From the NCBI RefSeq assembly GCF_009914755.1, contig NC_060948.1: a stretch of 64,000 nucleotides of DNA; one strand, given 5' to 3'. The notes under the pieces are model-generated. The model saw only the letters and a list, made by a program, of their open reading frames with translations, was not told the origin of the DNA and ran no database searches. Made by a program: the position numbers and the translations under genes. Of this stretch, positions 28,553-42,806 are shown in pieces (the stretch's first letter is position 1; each line of letters opens with the position of its first letter). Source of the DNA: the human T2T-CHM13v2.0 reference genome, Homo sapiens.

Positions 28553-31500
28553 GGAAGTGAATGGACTCCAATGGAATGGATTCAAAAGGAATGGAATCGT
28601 ACGGAATGGAATCTAATGGAATGGAATTAAATGGAAATGAATCAAATTGAATAGCTCGGAATTGAATTGAATGGAATGGAATGCAATGGAATCTAATGAA
28701 ACGGAAAGGAAAGGAATGGAATGGAATGGAATGGGCTGGAATGGAAAGGAATCGAAACGAATGGAATGGAATCGAACTGAAGAGACTGGAATGGAATGCA
28801 CTGGAATGGAAGAGAGTGTAATGGAAGGTTCTCGAAAAAAATGGAATCGAATGGAATGGAATTGAATGGAACGGAATAGAGTCGAATGGAATTGAATGGA
28901 ATGGAATGGACTAGAGTGAAATGGAATCGAACCACAAGGAATGGACAGGAATAGAATGGTCTCGAATTGAATGGAATCGTATGGAATGGCATCAAACGGA
29001 ATGGAATGGACAGCCACGGAATGGAATGCACTCGAATGCAATGGAGTCGAAACTAATGGACTGGAATAGAATGGACTCGACTGGTACGGACTCCAATGGA
29101 ATGGAATCGAATGGAAGGGAATCGAACGGAATGGACTCGAAGGGAAAAGACTGCAATGGAAAGGTCTCGAATGGAATGGAAATTAATGGAATGGAATGGA
29201 ATCGAATGAAATGGAGTCAAAAGGAATGGAATTGAATGGCAAGAAATCGAATGTAATGGAATCGCAAGGAATTGATGTGAACGGAACGGAATGGAATGGA
29301 ATCCAAAGGAATGGAATAGAATGGAATGGAATCGAATGGAAAGGACTCGAATGGAAATCACTCGAATAGAATGCAATTTAATAAAATAGGATCAAATGTA
29401 ATGGAATGGAATGGAAAGGAATCGAAACGAAAGGAATGGAGACAGATGGAATGGAATGGAACAGAGAGCAATGGTATAGAATGGAATGGAATCATCTGGA
29501 ATGGAATTGAATGGAATGGAATAATATGAAATGGAATGGAATGGAATGGAATGGAATGCCCTTGAATTAAATGGACTGGAATGGAATGGACTCGAACAGA
29601 GTGGAATGGAAAGTGTTGAGATAGAATGGAATGGACTCCTTTGGAATGGTGTAGTATGCAATGCAATCGACTGGCAGGGAATCAAAAGGAATGTAATCGA
29701 ATGGATTGGACTGGAATGCAATGGACTCGAATAGATTGGAAACGGAATGCAAAGGAATGGAATGGAATAGTATGGAATGGAATGGAAAGGAATGGAGTGG
29801 AATAGACTAGAGTGGAATGGAATGGACTGGAAAGCAATGGACTGGAATGGAACTTTCTTGAATGGACTGGAATCAAACGGAATGGAATGCAATGCAATCA
29901 AATGGCATGGAATAAAATAGAATGAAAGAGAATCAAATGGAATTGAATCGAATGGAATCGAATGGATTGGAAAGGAATAGAATGGAATGGAATGGAATGG
30001 ACTAGAATGGAATGGATTCGAATGGAAGGCAAAGGAATGGAATCTATTGGAATGGACTGTAATGGAATGGAATGGAAGGGATTGGAATGGACTCGAATGG
30101 AATGGACTGCAATAGAAAGGATTCGAATGGAATGAAAAAGAATTGAATGGAATAGAAAAGAATGGAATCAAATCGAATGAAATGGAATGGAATAGAAAGG
30201 AATGGAATGAAATGGAATGGAAAGGATTCGAATGGAATGCAATCGAATGGAATGGAATCGAACGGAATGGAATAAAATGGAAGAAAACTGGCAAGAAATG
30301 GAATCGAAATGAATGGAGTGTTATGGAACGGACTCAAAAGGAATTGAATGTAATAGAATGGAGTGGAGTGGACTCGAATATAATGGACTGGAATGGAATG
30401 AAATCACATGGAATGGGAACGAATGGAATGGAATGGAAAGGAATGGAATCGAATGGAAAGGAATCGAATGGAAGGGAATGAAATTGAATCAACAGGAATG
30501 GAAGGGAATAGAATAGACGGTAATGGAATGGACTCGAATAGAATGGACACGAATGCTCAAATTGAATGGACTCCAATGGAATGGAAACGAAAGGAATGTC
30601 ATCGAATAGAATTGAATCGACTGGAATGAAATCGCAAGAATGGAGTGGAATCAAATGGAATTGAATCGAAAGGAAAGGAAGCGAATGGACTGAAATGAAA
30701 TGGAATGGAATTGAATGGAAAGTAATGCAATGGAATAGAATGGAACGAAATTTCACGGAATGGAATCAAACTGAAAGGAATCAAATCAATGGAATCTAAT
30801 CAAATGGAATGGAAGGGAATTGAATGGAGTAGATTGGATTGGATGGGATTGGAGTGAAATGTACTGGAAAGGACTCGAATTTCATGAAACGGAATGGAAT
30901 GAATTGGAACGGAATGGACTCGAATGGAATGGAGTGTCATGGAATGGCATCAAATGGAATGGCATCAAATGGAATGGAATCGAATGCAATGGAATGCTAT
31001 GGAATGGAATGGAATGCATTGGAATGGAATGTCCTCTAATGGAATGGATTCGAGTGGAATGGAATCGAATATAATGGAGTCGAATGAAATGGAATTGAAA
31101 GGAATGGGATCGAATACAATGGAATATACTGGAATGTAATGTAATGAACTCGAATGTAATTGACTGGAATGGAATGTACATGAATGGAATGTAATCGAAT
31201 GGAAAGTCATCCAATGGAATAGAATCTAATGCAATAAAATCGACTCAGATAGAGTAGAATGTAATGGAATGGAGTGCAGTACAATGGAATGGAATGGAAT
31301 GCAATGGAATGGAATGGAATGGAATGGAATGGAATGGAATGGGATGGAATGGGATGGAATGGTATGGAGTGGATAGTAATGGACTGGAGTGAAATGGACT
31401 GGAAAGGAATGGACTCAAATTGAAAGGGCTCGAAAGGAATGGAGTCAAATGGAATGGTCTGGAATGGAATGAACACGAATGTAATGCAATCCAATAGAAT

Positions 31501-32100
31501 GGAATCGAATGGCATGGAATATAAAGAAATGGAATCGAAGAGAATGGAAACAAATGGAATGGAATTGAATGGAATGGAATTGAATGGAATGGGAACGAAT
31601 GGAGTGAAATTGTATGCAGTAGAAGGGAATAGAATGGAATGCAAGCGAAAGGAAAGGAATGGATTGGAATGGAATGGAATTCATTGGAATGGAAGGGAAT
31701 GTAGTGTAATGGACAGGCCTGGAATAAAGTGGAATGCTACGGTCTCGAATGGAATAAAAATGTATGGAATGGAATGCAATGAAACGGAATCGAATGTCAT
31801 AGAATGTAATGGAATGCAAAAAAATGGAATCCAAAATCATTGACTGGAAAGGCTGGGTGTCGAAAGGAATTGACTCCAATGATATGGAATCGAATGGAAT
31901 GGAAGTGAATAGAATCGAACTAAATCGAATGGAATGGAATTGATAGGAACGGAATGGAAAGGAATGCAATGAATTGGCATGGAATGGAATCGAATGGCAT
32001 CGAATGGAATGGAATGGAATGCAATGGAATGGAATGTATTAGAATGTAATGAACTTTAATGGAATGTACTCGAATGGATTCGACTGGAATGGAATGTTCT
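28553..32100 (+). repeat. DYZ1 monomer U9 (3548 bp), chimera (U6-like)
   Basis: AGCTCGG (28656), 15-bp deletion near 30000, and an A-type right half. Confidence 0.88.
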
Positions 32101-35100
32101 GGAAGTGAATGGACTCCAATGGAATGGATTCAAAAGGAATGGAATCGTACGGAATGGAATCTAATGGAATGGAATTAAATGGAAATGAATCAAATTGAAT
32201 AGCACGGAATTGAATTGAATGGAATGGAATGCAATGGAATCTAATGAAACGGAAAGGAAAGGAATGGAATGGAATGGAATGGGCTGGAATGGAAAGGAAT
32301 CGAAACGAATGGAATGGAATCGAACTGAAGAGACTGGAATGGAATGCACTGGAATGGAAGGGAGTGTAATGGAAGGTTCTCGAAAAAAATGGAATCGAAT
32401 GGAATGGAATTGAATGGAACGGAATAGAGTCGAATGGAATTGAATGGAATGGAATGGACTAGAGTGAAATGGAATCGAACCACAAGGAATGGACAGGAAT
32501 AGAATGGTCTCGAATTGAATGGAATCGTATGGAATGGCATCAAACGGAATGGAATGGACAGCCACGGAATGGAATGCACTCGAATGCAATGGAGTCGAAA
32601 CTAATGGACTGGAATAGAATGGACTCGACTGGTACGGACTCCAATGGAATGGAATCGAATGGAAGGGAATCGAACGGAATGGACTCGAAGGGAAAAGACT
32701 GCAATGGAAAGGTCTCGAAAGGAATGGAAATTAATGGAATGGAATGGAATCGAATGAAATGGAGTCAAAAGGAATGGAATCGAATGGCAAGAAATCGAAT
32801 GTAATGGAATCGCAAGGAATTGATGTGAACGGAACGGAATGGAATGGAATCCAAAGGAATGGAATAGAATGGAATGGAATCGAATGGAAAGGACTCGAAT
32901 GGAAATCACTCGAATAGAATGCAATTTAATAAAATAGGATCAAATGTAATGGAATGGAATGGAAAGGAATCGAAACGAAAGGAATGGAGACAGATGGAAT
33001 GGAATGGAACAGAGAGCAATGGTATAGAATGGAATGGAATCATCTGGAATGGAATTGAATGGAATGGAATAATATGAAATGGAATGGAATGGAATGGAAT
33101 GGAATGCCCTTGAATTAAATGGACTGGAATGGAATGGACTCGAACAGAGTGGAATGGAAAGTGTTGAGATAGAATGGAATGGACTCCTTTGGAATGGTGT
33201 AGTATGCAATGCAATCGACTGGCAGGGAATCAAAAGGAATGTAATGGAATGGATTGGACTGGAATGCAATGGACTCGAATAGATTGGAAACGGAATGCAA
33301 AGGAATGGAATGGAATAGTATGGAATGGAATGGAAAGGAATGGAGTGGAATAGACTAGAGTGGAATGGAATGGACTGGAAAGCAATGGACTGGAATGGAA
33401 CTTTCTTGAATGGACTGGAATCAAACGGAATGGAATGCAATGCAATCAAATGGCATGGAATAAAATAGAATGAAAGAGAATCAAATGGAATTGAATCGAA
33501 TGGAATCGAATGGATTGGAAAGGAATAGAATGGAATGGAATGGAATTGACTCGAATGGAATGGACTAGAATGGAATGGATTCGAATGGAAGGCAAAGGAA
33601 TGGAATCTATTGGAATGGACTGTAATGGAATGGAATGGAAAGGATTGGAATGGACTCGAATGGAATGGACTGCAATAGAAAGGATTCGAATGGAATGAAA
33701 AAGAATTGAATGGAATAGAACAGAATGGAATCAAATCGAATGAAATGGAATGGAATAGAAAGGAATGGAATGAAATGGAATGGAAAGGATTCGAATGGAA
33801 TGCAATCGAATGGAATGGAATCGAACGGAATGGAATAAAATGGAAGAAAACTGGCAAGAAATGGAATCGAAATGAATGGAGTGTTATGGAACGGACTCAA
33901 AAGGAATTGAATGTAATAGAATGGAGTGGAGTGGACTCGAATATAATGGAATGGAATGGAATGAAATCACAAGGAATGGGAACGAATGGAATGGAATGGA
34001 AAGGAATGGAATCGAATGGAAAGGAATCGAATGGAAGGGAATGAAATTGAATCAACAGGAATGGAAGGGAATAGAATAGACGGTAATGGAATGGACTCGA
34101 ATAGAATGGACACGAATGCTCAAATTGAATGGACTCGAATGGAATGGAAACGAAAGGAATGTCATCGAATGGAATTGAATGGATTGGAATGAAATCGCAT
34201 GGAATGGAGTGGAATCAAATGGAATTGAATCGAAAGGAAAGGAAGCGAATGGACTGAAATGAAATGGAATGGAATTGAATGGAAAGTAATGCAATGGAAT
34301 AGAATGGAACGAAATTTCACGGAATGGAATCAAACTGAATGGAATCAAATCAATGGAATCAAATCAAATGGAATGGAAAGGAATTGAATGGAGTAGATTG
34401 GATTGGATGGGATTGGAATGAAATGTACTGGAAAGGACTCGAATTTCATGAAACGGAATGGAATGAATTGGAACGGAATGGACTCGAATGGAATGGAATG
34501 TCATGGAATGGCATCAAATGGAATGGCATCAAATGGAATGGAATCGAATGCAATGGAATGCTATGGAATGGAATGGAATGCATTGGAATGGAATGTCCTC
34601 TAATGGAATGGATTCGAGTGGAATGGAATCGAATATAATGGAGTCGAATGAAATGGAATTGAAAGGAGTGGGATCGAATACAATGGAATATACTGGAATG
34701 TAATGTAATGAACTCGAATGTAATTGACTGGAATGGAATGTACATGAATGGAATGTAATCGAATGGAAAGTCATCCAATGGAATAGAATCTAATGCAATA
34801 AAACCGACTCAGATAGAGTAGAATGTAATGGAATGGAGTGCAGTGCAATGGAATGGAATGGAATGGAAGGCAATGGAATGGAATGGAATGGAATGGAATG
34901 GAATGGAATGGAATGGAATGGGATGGAATGGGATGGAATGGATAGTAATGGACTGGAGTGAAATGGACTGGAAAGGAATGGACTCAAATTGAAAGGGCTC
35001 GAAAGGAATGGAGTCAAATGGAATGGTCTGGAATGGAATGAACACGAATGTAATGCAATCCAATAGAATGGAATCGAATGGCATGGAATATAAAGAAATG

Positions 35101-35669
35101 GAATCGAAGAGAATGGAAACAAATGGAATGGAATTGAATGGAATGGAATTGAATGGAATGGGAACGAATGGAGTGAAATTGTATGCAGTAGAAGGGAATA
35201 GAATGGAATGCAAGCGAAAGGAAAGGAATGGATTGGAATGGAATGGAATTCATTGGAATGGAAGGGAATGTAGTGTAATGGACAGGCCTGGAATAAAGTG
35301 GAATGCTACGGTCTCGAATGGAATAAAAATGTATGGAATGGAATGCAATGAAACGGAATCGAATGTCATAGAATGTAATGGAATGCAAAAAAATGGAATC
35401 CTAAATCATTGACTGGAAAGGCTGGGTGTCGAAAGGAATTGACTCCAATGGAATGGAATCGAATGGAATGGAAGTGAATAGAATCGAACTAAATCGAATG
35501 GAATGGAATTGATAGGAACGGAATGGAAAGGAATGCAATGATTTGGCATGGAATGGAATCGAATGGCATCGAATGGAATGGAATGGAATGCAATGGAATG
35601 GAATGTATTAGAATGTAATGAACTTTAATGGAATGTACTCGAATGGATTCGACTGGAATGGAATGTTCT
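32101..35669 (+). repeat. DYZ1 monomer U10 (3569 bp), B haplotype (U7-like)
   Basis: TCTCGAAAGG, GTCATCC and GAATCCTAAA (T at 35402). Confidence 0.9.
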
Positions 35670-38600
35670 GGAAGTGAATGGACTCCAATGGAATGGATTC
35701 AAAAGGAATGGAATCGTACGGAATGGAATCTAATGGAATGGAATTAAATGGAAATGAATCAAATTGAATAGCACGGAATTGAATTGAATGGAATGGAATG
35801 CAATGGAATCTAATGAAACGGAAAGGAAAGGAATGGAATGGAATGGAAAGGGCTGGAATGGAAAGGAATCGAAACGAATGGAATGGAATCGAACTGAAGA
35901 GACTGGAATGGAATGCACTGGAATGGAAGGGAGTGTAATGGAAGGTTCTCGAAAAAAATGGAATCGAATGGAATGGAATTGAATGGAACGGAATAGAGTC
36001 GAATGGGATTGAATGGAATGGAATGGACTAGAGTGAAATGGAATCGAACCACAAGGAATGGACAGGAATAGAATGGTCTCGAATTGAATGGAATCGTATG
36101 GAATGGCATCAAACGGAATGGAATGGACAGCCACGGAATGGAATGCACTCGAATGCAATGGAGTCGAAACTAATGGACTGGAATAGAATGGACTCGACTG
36201 GTACGGACTCCAATGGAATGGAATCGAATGGAAGGGAATCGAACGGAATGGACTCGAAGGGAAAAGACTGCAATGGAAAGGTCTCGAATGGAATGGAAAT
36301 TAATGGAATGGAATGGAATCGAATGAAATGGAGTCAAAAGGAATGGAATCGAATGGCAAGAAATCGAATGTAATGGAATCGCAAGGAATTGATGTGAACG
36401 GAACGGAATGGAATGGAATCCAAAGGAATGGAATAGAATGGAATGGAATCGAATGGAAAGGACTCGAATGGAAATCACTCGAATAGAATGCAATTTAATA
36501 AAATAGGATCAAATGTAATGGAATGGAATGGAAAGGAATCGAAACGAAAGGAATGGAGACAGATGGAATGGAATGGAACAGAGAGCAATGGTATAGAATG
36601 GAATGGAATCATCTGGAATGGAATTGAATGGAATGGAATAATATGAAATGGAATGGAATGGAATGGAATGGAATGGAATGGAATGCCCTTGAATTAAATG
36701 GACTGGAATGGAATGGACTCGAACAGAGTGGAATGGAAAGTGTTGAGATAGAATGCAATGGACTCCTTCGGAATGGTCTAGTATGCAATGCAATCGACTG
36801 GCAGGGAATCAAAAGGAATGTAATCGAATGGATTGGACTGGAATGCAGTGGACTCGAATAGATTGGAAACGGAATGCAAAGGAATGGAATGGAATAGTAT
36901 GGAATGGAATGGAAAGGAATGGAGTGGAATAGACTAGAGTGGAATGGAATGGACTGGAAAGCAATGGACTGGAATGGAACTTTCTTGAATGGACTGGAAT
37001 CAAACGGAATGGAATGCAATGCAATCAAATGGCATGGAATAAAATAGAATGAAAGAGAATCAAATGGAATTGAATCGAATGGAATCGAATGGATTGGAAA
37101 GGAATAGAATGGAATGCAATGGAATGGACTAGAATGGAATGGAGTAGAATGGAATGGATTCGAATGGAAGGCAAAGGAATGGAATCTATTGGAATGGACT
37201 GTAATGGAATGGAATGGAAGGGATTGGAATGGACTCGAATGGAATGGACTGCAATAGAAAGGATTCGAATGGAATGAAAAAGAATTGAATGGAATAGAAC
37301 AGAATGGAATCAAATCGAATGAAATGGAATGGAATAGAAAGGAATGGAATGAAATGGAATGGAAAGGATTCGAATGGAATGCAATCGAATGGAATGGAAT
37401 CGAACGGAATGGAATAAAATGGAAGAAAACTGGCAAGAAATGGAATCGAAATGAATGGAGTGTTATGGAACGGACTCAAAAGGAATTGAATGTAATAGAA
37501 TGGAGTGGAGTGGACTCGAATATAATGGACTGGAATGGAATGAAATCACATGGAATGGGAACGAATGGAATGGAATGGAAAGGAATGGAATCGAATGGAA
37601 AGGAATCGAATGGAAGGGAATGAAATTGAATCAACAGGAATGGAAGGGAATAGAATAGACGGTAATGGAATGGACTCGAATAGAATGGACACGAATGCTC
37701 AAATTGAATGGACTCCAATGGAATGGAAACGAAAGGAATGTCATCGAATAGAATTGAATCGATTGGAATGAAATCGCAAGAATGGAGTGGAATCAAATGG
37801 AATTGAATCGAAAGGAAAGGAAGCGAATGGACTGAAATGAAATGGAATGGAATTGAATGGAAAGTAATGCAATGGAATAGAATGGAACGAAATTTCACGG
37901 AATGGAATCAAACTGAAAGGAATCAAATCAATGGAATCTAATCAAATGGAATGGAAGGGAATTGAATGGAGTAGATTGGATTGGATGGGATTGGAGTGAA
38001 ATGTACTGGAAAGGACTCGAATTTCATGAAACGGAATGGAATGAATTGGAACGGAATGGACTCGAATGGAATGGAATGTCATGGAATGGCATCAAATGGA
38101 ATGGCATCAAATGGAATGGAATCGAATGCAATGGAATGCTATGGAATGGAATGGAATGCATTGGAATGGAATGTCCTCTAATGGAATGGATTCGAGTGGA
38201 ATGGAATCGAATATAATGGAGTCGAATGAAAGGGAATTGAAAGGAATGGGATCGAATACAATGGAATATACTGGAATGTAATGTAATGAACTCGAATGTA
38301 ATTGACTGGAATGGAATGTACATGAATGGAATGTAATCGAATGGAAAGTAATCCAATGGAATAGAATCTAATGCAATAAAATCGACTCAGATAGAGTAGA
38401 ATGTAATGGAATGGAGTGCAGTACAATGGAATGGAATGGAATGCAATGGAATGGAATGGAATGGAATGGAATGGAATGGAATGGAATGGGATGGAATGGG
38501 ATGGAATGGTATGGAATGGATAGTAATGGACTGGAGTGAAATGGACTGGAAAGGAATGGACTCAAATTGAAAGGGCTCGAAAGGAATGGAGTCAAATGGA

Positions 38601-39247
38601 ATGGTCTGGAATGGAATGAACACGAATGTAATGCAATCCAATAGAATGGAATCGAATGGCATGGAATATAAAGAAATGGAATCGAAGAGAATGGAAACAA
38701 ATGGAATGGAATTGAATGGAATGGAATTGAATGGAATGGGAACGAATGGAGTGAAATTGTATGCAGTAGAAGGGAATAGAATGGAATGCAAGCGAAAGGA
38801 AAGGAATGGATTGGAATGGAATGGAATTCATTGGAATGGAAGGGAATGTAGTGTAATGGACAGGCCTGGAATAAAGTGGAATGCTACGGTCTCGAATGGA
38901 ATAAAAATGTATGGAATGGAATGCAATGAAACGGAATCGAATGTCATAGAATGTAATGGAATGCAAAAAAATGGAATCCAAAATCATTGACTGGAAAGGC
39001 TGGGTGTCGAAAGGAATTGACTCCAATGGAATGGAATCGAATGGAATGGAAGTGAATAGAATCGAACTAAACCGAATGGAATGGAATTGATAGGAACGGA
39101 ATGGAAAGGAATGCAATGAATTGGCATGGAATGGAATCGAATGGCATCGAATGGAATGGAATGGAATGCAATGGAATGGAATGTATTAGAATGTAATGAA
39201 CTTTAATGGAATGTACTCGAATGGATTCGACTGGAATGGAATGTTCT
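35670..39247 (+). repeat. DYZ1 monomer U11 (3578 bp), A haplotype (U8-like)
   Basis: U8 alleles plus GGGATT at 36007, which is shared only with U13. Confidence 0.9.
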
Positions 39248-42200
39248 GGAAGTGAATGGACTCCAATGGAATGGATTCAAAAGGAATGGAATCGTACGGA
39301 ATGGAATCTAATGGAATGGAATTAAATGGAAATGAATCAAATTGAATAGCTCGGAATTGAATTGAATGGAATGGAATGCAATGGAATCTAATGAAACGGA
39401 AAGGAAAGGAATGGAATGGAATGGAATGGGCTGGAATGGAAAGGAATCGAAACGAATGGAATGGAATCGAACTGAAGAGACTGGAATGGAATGCACTGGA
39501 ATGGAAGAGAGTGTAATGGAAGGTTCTCGAAAAAAATGGAATCGAATGGAATGGAATTGAATGGAACGGAATAGAGTCGAATGGAATTGAATGGAATGGA
39601 ATGGACTAGAGTGAAATGGAATCGAACCACAAGGAATGGACAGGAATAGAATGGTCTCGAATTGAATGGAATCGTATGGAATGGCATCAAACGGAATGGA
39701 ATGGACAGCCACGGAATGGAATGCACTCGAATGCAATGGAGTCGAAACTAATGGACTGGAATAGAATGGACTCGACTGGTACGGACTCCAATGGAATGGA
39801 ATCGAATGGAAGGGAATCGAACGGAATGGACTCGAAGGGAAAAGACTGCAATGGAAAGGTCTCGAATGGAATGGAAATTAATGGAATGGAATGGAATCGA
39901 ATGAAATGGAGTCAAAAGGAATGGAATCGAATGGCAAGAAATCGAATGTAATGGAATCGCAAGGAATTGATGTGAACGGAACGGAATGGAATGGAATCCA
40001 AAGGAATGGAATAGAATGGAATGGAATCGAATGGAAAGGACTCGAATGGAAATCACTCGAATAGAATGCAATTTAATAAAATAGGATCAAATGTAATGGA
40101 ATGGAATGGAAAGGAATCGAAACGAAAGGAATGGAGACAGATGGAATGGAATGGAACAGAGAGCAATGGTATAGAATGGAATGGAATCATCTGGAATGGA
40201 ATTGAATGGAATGGAATAATATGAAATGGAATGGAATGGAATGGAATGGAATGCCCTTGAATTAAATGGACTGGAATGGAATGGACTCGAACAGAGTGGA
40301 ATGGAAAGTGTTGAGATAGAATGGAATGGACTCCTTTGGAATGGTGTAGTATGCAATGCAATCGACTGGCAGGGAATCAAAAGGAATGTAATCGAATGGA
40401 TTGGACTGGAATGCAATGGACTCGAATAGATTGGAAACGGAATGCAAAGGAATGGAATGGAATAGTATGGAATGGAATGGAAAGGAATGGAGTGGAATAG
40501 ACTAGAGTGGAATGGAATGGACTGGAAAGCAATGGACTGGAATGGAACTTTCTTGAATGGACTGGAATCAAACGGAATGGAATGCAATGCAATCAAATGG
40601 CATGGAATAAAATAGAATGAAAGAGAATCAAATGGAATTGAATCGAATGGAATCGAATGGATTGGAAAGGAATAGAATGGAATGGAATGGAATGGACTAG
40701 AATGGAATGGATTCGAATGGAAGGCAAAGGAATGGAATCTATTGGAATGGACTGTAATGGAATGGAATGGAAGGGATTGGAATGGACTCGAATGGAATGG
40801 ACTGCAATAGAAAGGATTCGAATGGAATGAAAAAGAATTGAATGGAATAGAACAGAATGGAATCAAATCGAATGAAATGGAATGGAATAGAAAGGAATGG
40901 AATGAAATGGAATGGAAAGGATTCGAATGGAATGCAATCGAATGGAATGGAATCGAACGGAATGGAATAAAATGGAAGAAAACTGGCAAGAAATGGAATC
41001 GAAATGAATGGAGTGTTATGGAACGGACTCAAAAGGAATTGAATGTAATAGAATGGAGTGGAGTGGACTCGAATATAATGGACTGGAATGGAATGAAATC
41101 ACAAGGAATGGGAACGAATGGAATGGAATGGAAAGGAATGGAATCGAATGGAAAGGAATCGAATGGAAGGGAATGAAATTGAATCAACAGGAATGGAAGG
41201 GAATAGAATAGACGGTAATGGAATGGACTCGAATAGAATGGACACGAATGCTCAAATTGAATGGACTCGAATGGAATGGAAACGAAAGGAATGTCATCGA
41301 ATGGAATTGAATGGATTGGAATGAAATCGCATAGAATGGAGTGGAATCAAATGGAATTGAATCGAAAGGAAAGGAAGCGAATGGACTGAAATGAAATGGA
41401 ATGGAATTGAATGGAAAGTAATGCAATGGAATAGAATGGAACGAAATTTCACGTAATGGAATCAAACTGAATGGAATCAAATCAATGGAATCAAATCAAA
41501 TGGAATGGAAAGGAATTGAATGGAGTAGATTGGATTGGATGGGATTGGAATGAAATGTACTGGAAAGGACTCGAATTTCATGAAACGGAATGGAATGAAT
41601 TGGAACGGAATGGACTCGAATGGAATGGAATGTCATGGAATGGCATCAAATGGAATGGCATCAAATGGAATGGAATCGAATGCAATGGAATGCTATGGAA
41701 TGGAATGGAATGCATTGGAATGGAATGTCCTCTAATGGAATGGATTCGAGTGGAATGGAATCGAATATAATGGAGTCGAATGAAATGGAATTGAAAGGAA
41801 TGGGATCGAATACAATGGAATATACTGGAATGTAATGTAATGAACTCGAATGTAATTGACTGGAATGGAATGTACATGAATGGAATGTAATCGAATGGAA
41901 AGTAATCCAATGGAATAGAATCTAATGCAATAAAATCGACTCAGATAGAGTAGAATGTAATGGAATGGAGTCCAGTGCAATGGAATGGAATGGAATGGAA
42001 TGCAATGGAATGGAATGGAATGGAATGGAATGGAATGGAATGGAATGGGATGGAATGGGATGGAATGGTATGGAATGGATAGTAATGGACTGGAGTGAAA
42101 TGGACTGGAAAGGAATGGACTCAAATTGAAAGGGCTCGAAAGGAATGGAGTCAAATGGAATGGTCTGGAATGGAATGAACACGAATGTAATGCAATCCAA

Positions 42201-42806
42201 TAGAATGGAATCGAATGGCATGGAATATAAAGAAATGGAATCGAAGAGAATGGAAACAAATGGAATGGAATTGAATGGAATGGAATTGAATGGAATGGGA
42301 ACGAATGGAGTGAAATTGTATGCAGTAGAAGGGAATAGAATGGAATGCAAGCGAAAGGAAAGGAATGGATTGGAATGGAATGGAATTCATTGGAATGGAA
42401 GGGAATGTAGTGTAATGGACAGGCCTGGAATAAAGTGGAATGCTACGGTCTCGAATGGAATAAAAATGTATGGAATGGAATGCAATGAAACGGAATCGAA
42501 TGTCATAGAATGTAATGGAATGCAAAAAAATGGAATCCTAAATCATTGACTGGAAAGGCTGGGTGTCGAAAGGAATTGACTCCAATGGAATGGAATCGAA
42601 TGGAATGGAAGTGAATAGAATCGAACTAAATCGAATGGAATGGAATTGATAGGAACGGAATGGAAAGGAATGCAATGATTTGGCATGGAATGGAATCGAA
42701 TGGCATCGAATGGAATGGAATGGAATGCAATGGAATGGAATGTATTAGAATGTAATGAACTTTAATGGAATGTACTCGAATGGATTCGACTGGAATGGAA
42801 TGTTCT
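39248..42806 (+). repeat. DYZ1 monomer U12 (3559 bp), C mosaic haplotype
   Basis: AGCTCGG (39351), 15-bp deletion, CACAAGG/CGCATAG middle, CACGTAAT (41454), GAGTCCAG (41972), and a U10-like CCTA tail (42539). Confidence 0.88.

Larger units (their letters stand above)
9024..41103 (+). repeat. Three tandem copies of a 3-monomer higher-order unit (10690-10695 bp)
   Basis: Diagnostic variants recur at this period, for example AGCTCGG at 17966/28656/39351 and U4/U7/U10 starts at 10716/21411/32101. Boundaries are approximate (about 400 bp uncertainty). Confidence 0.85.
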
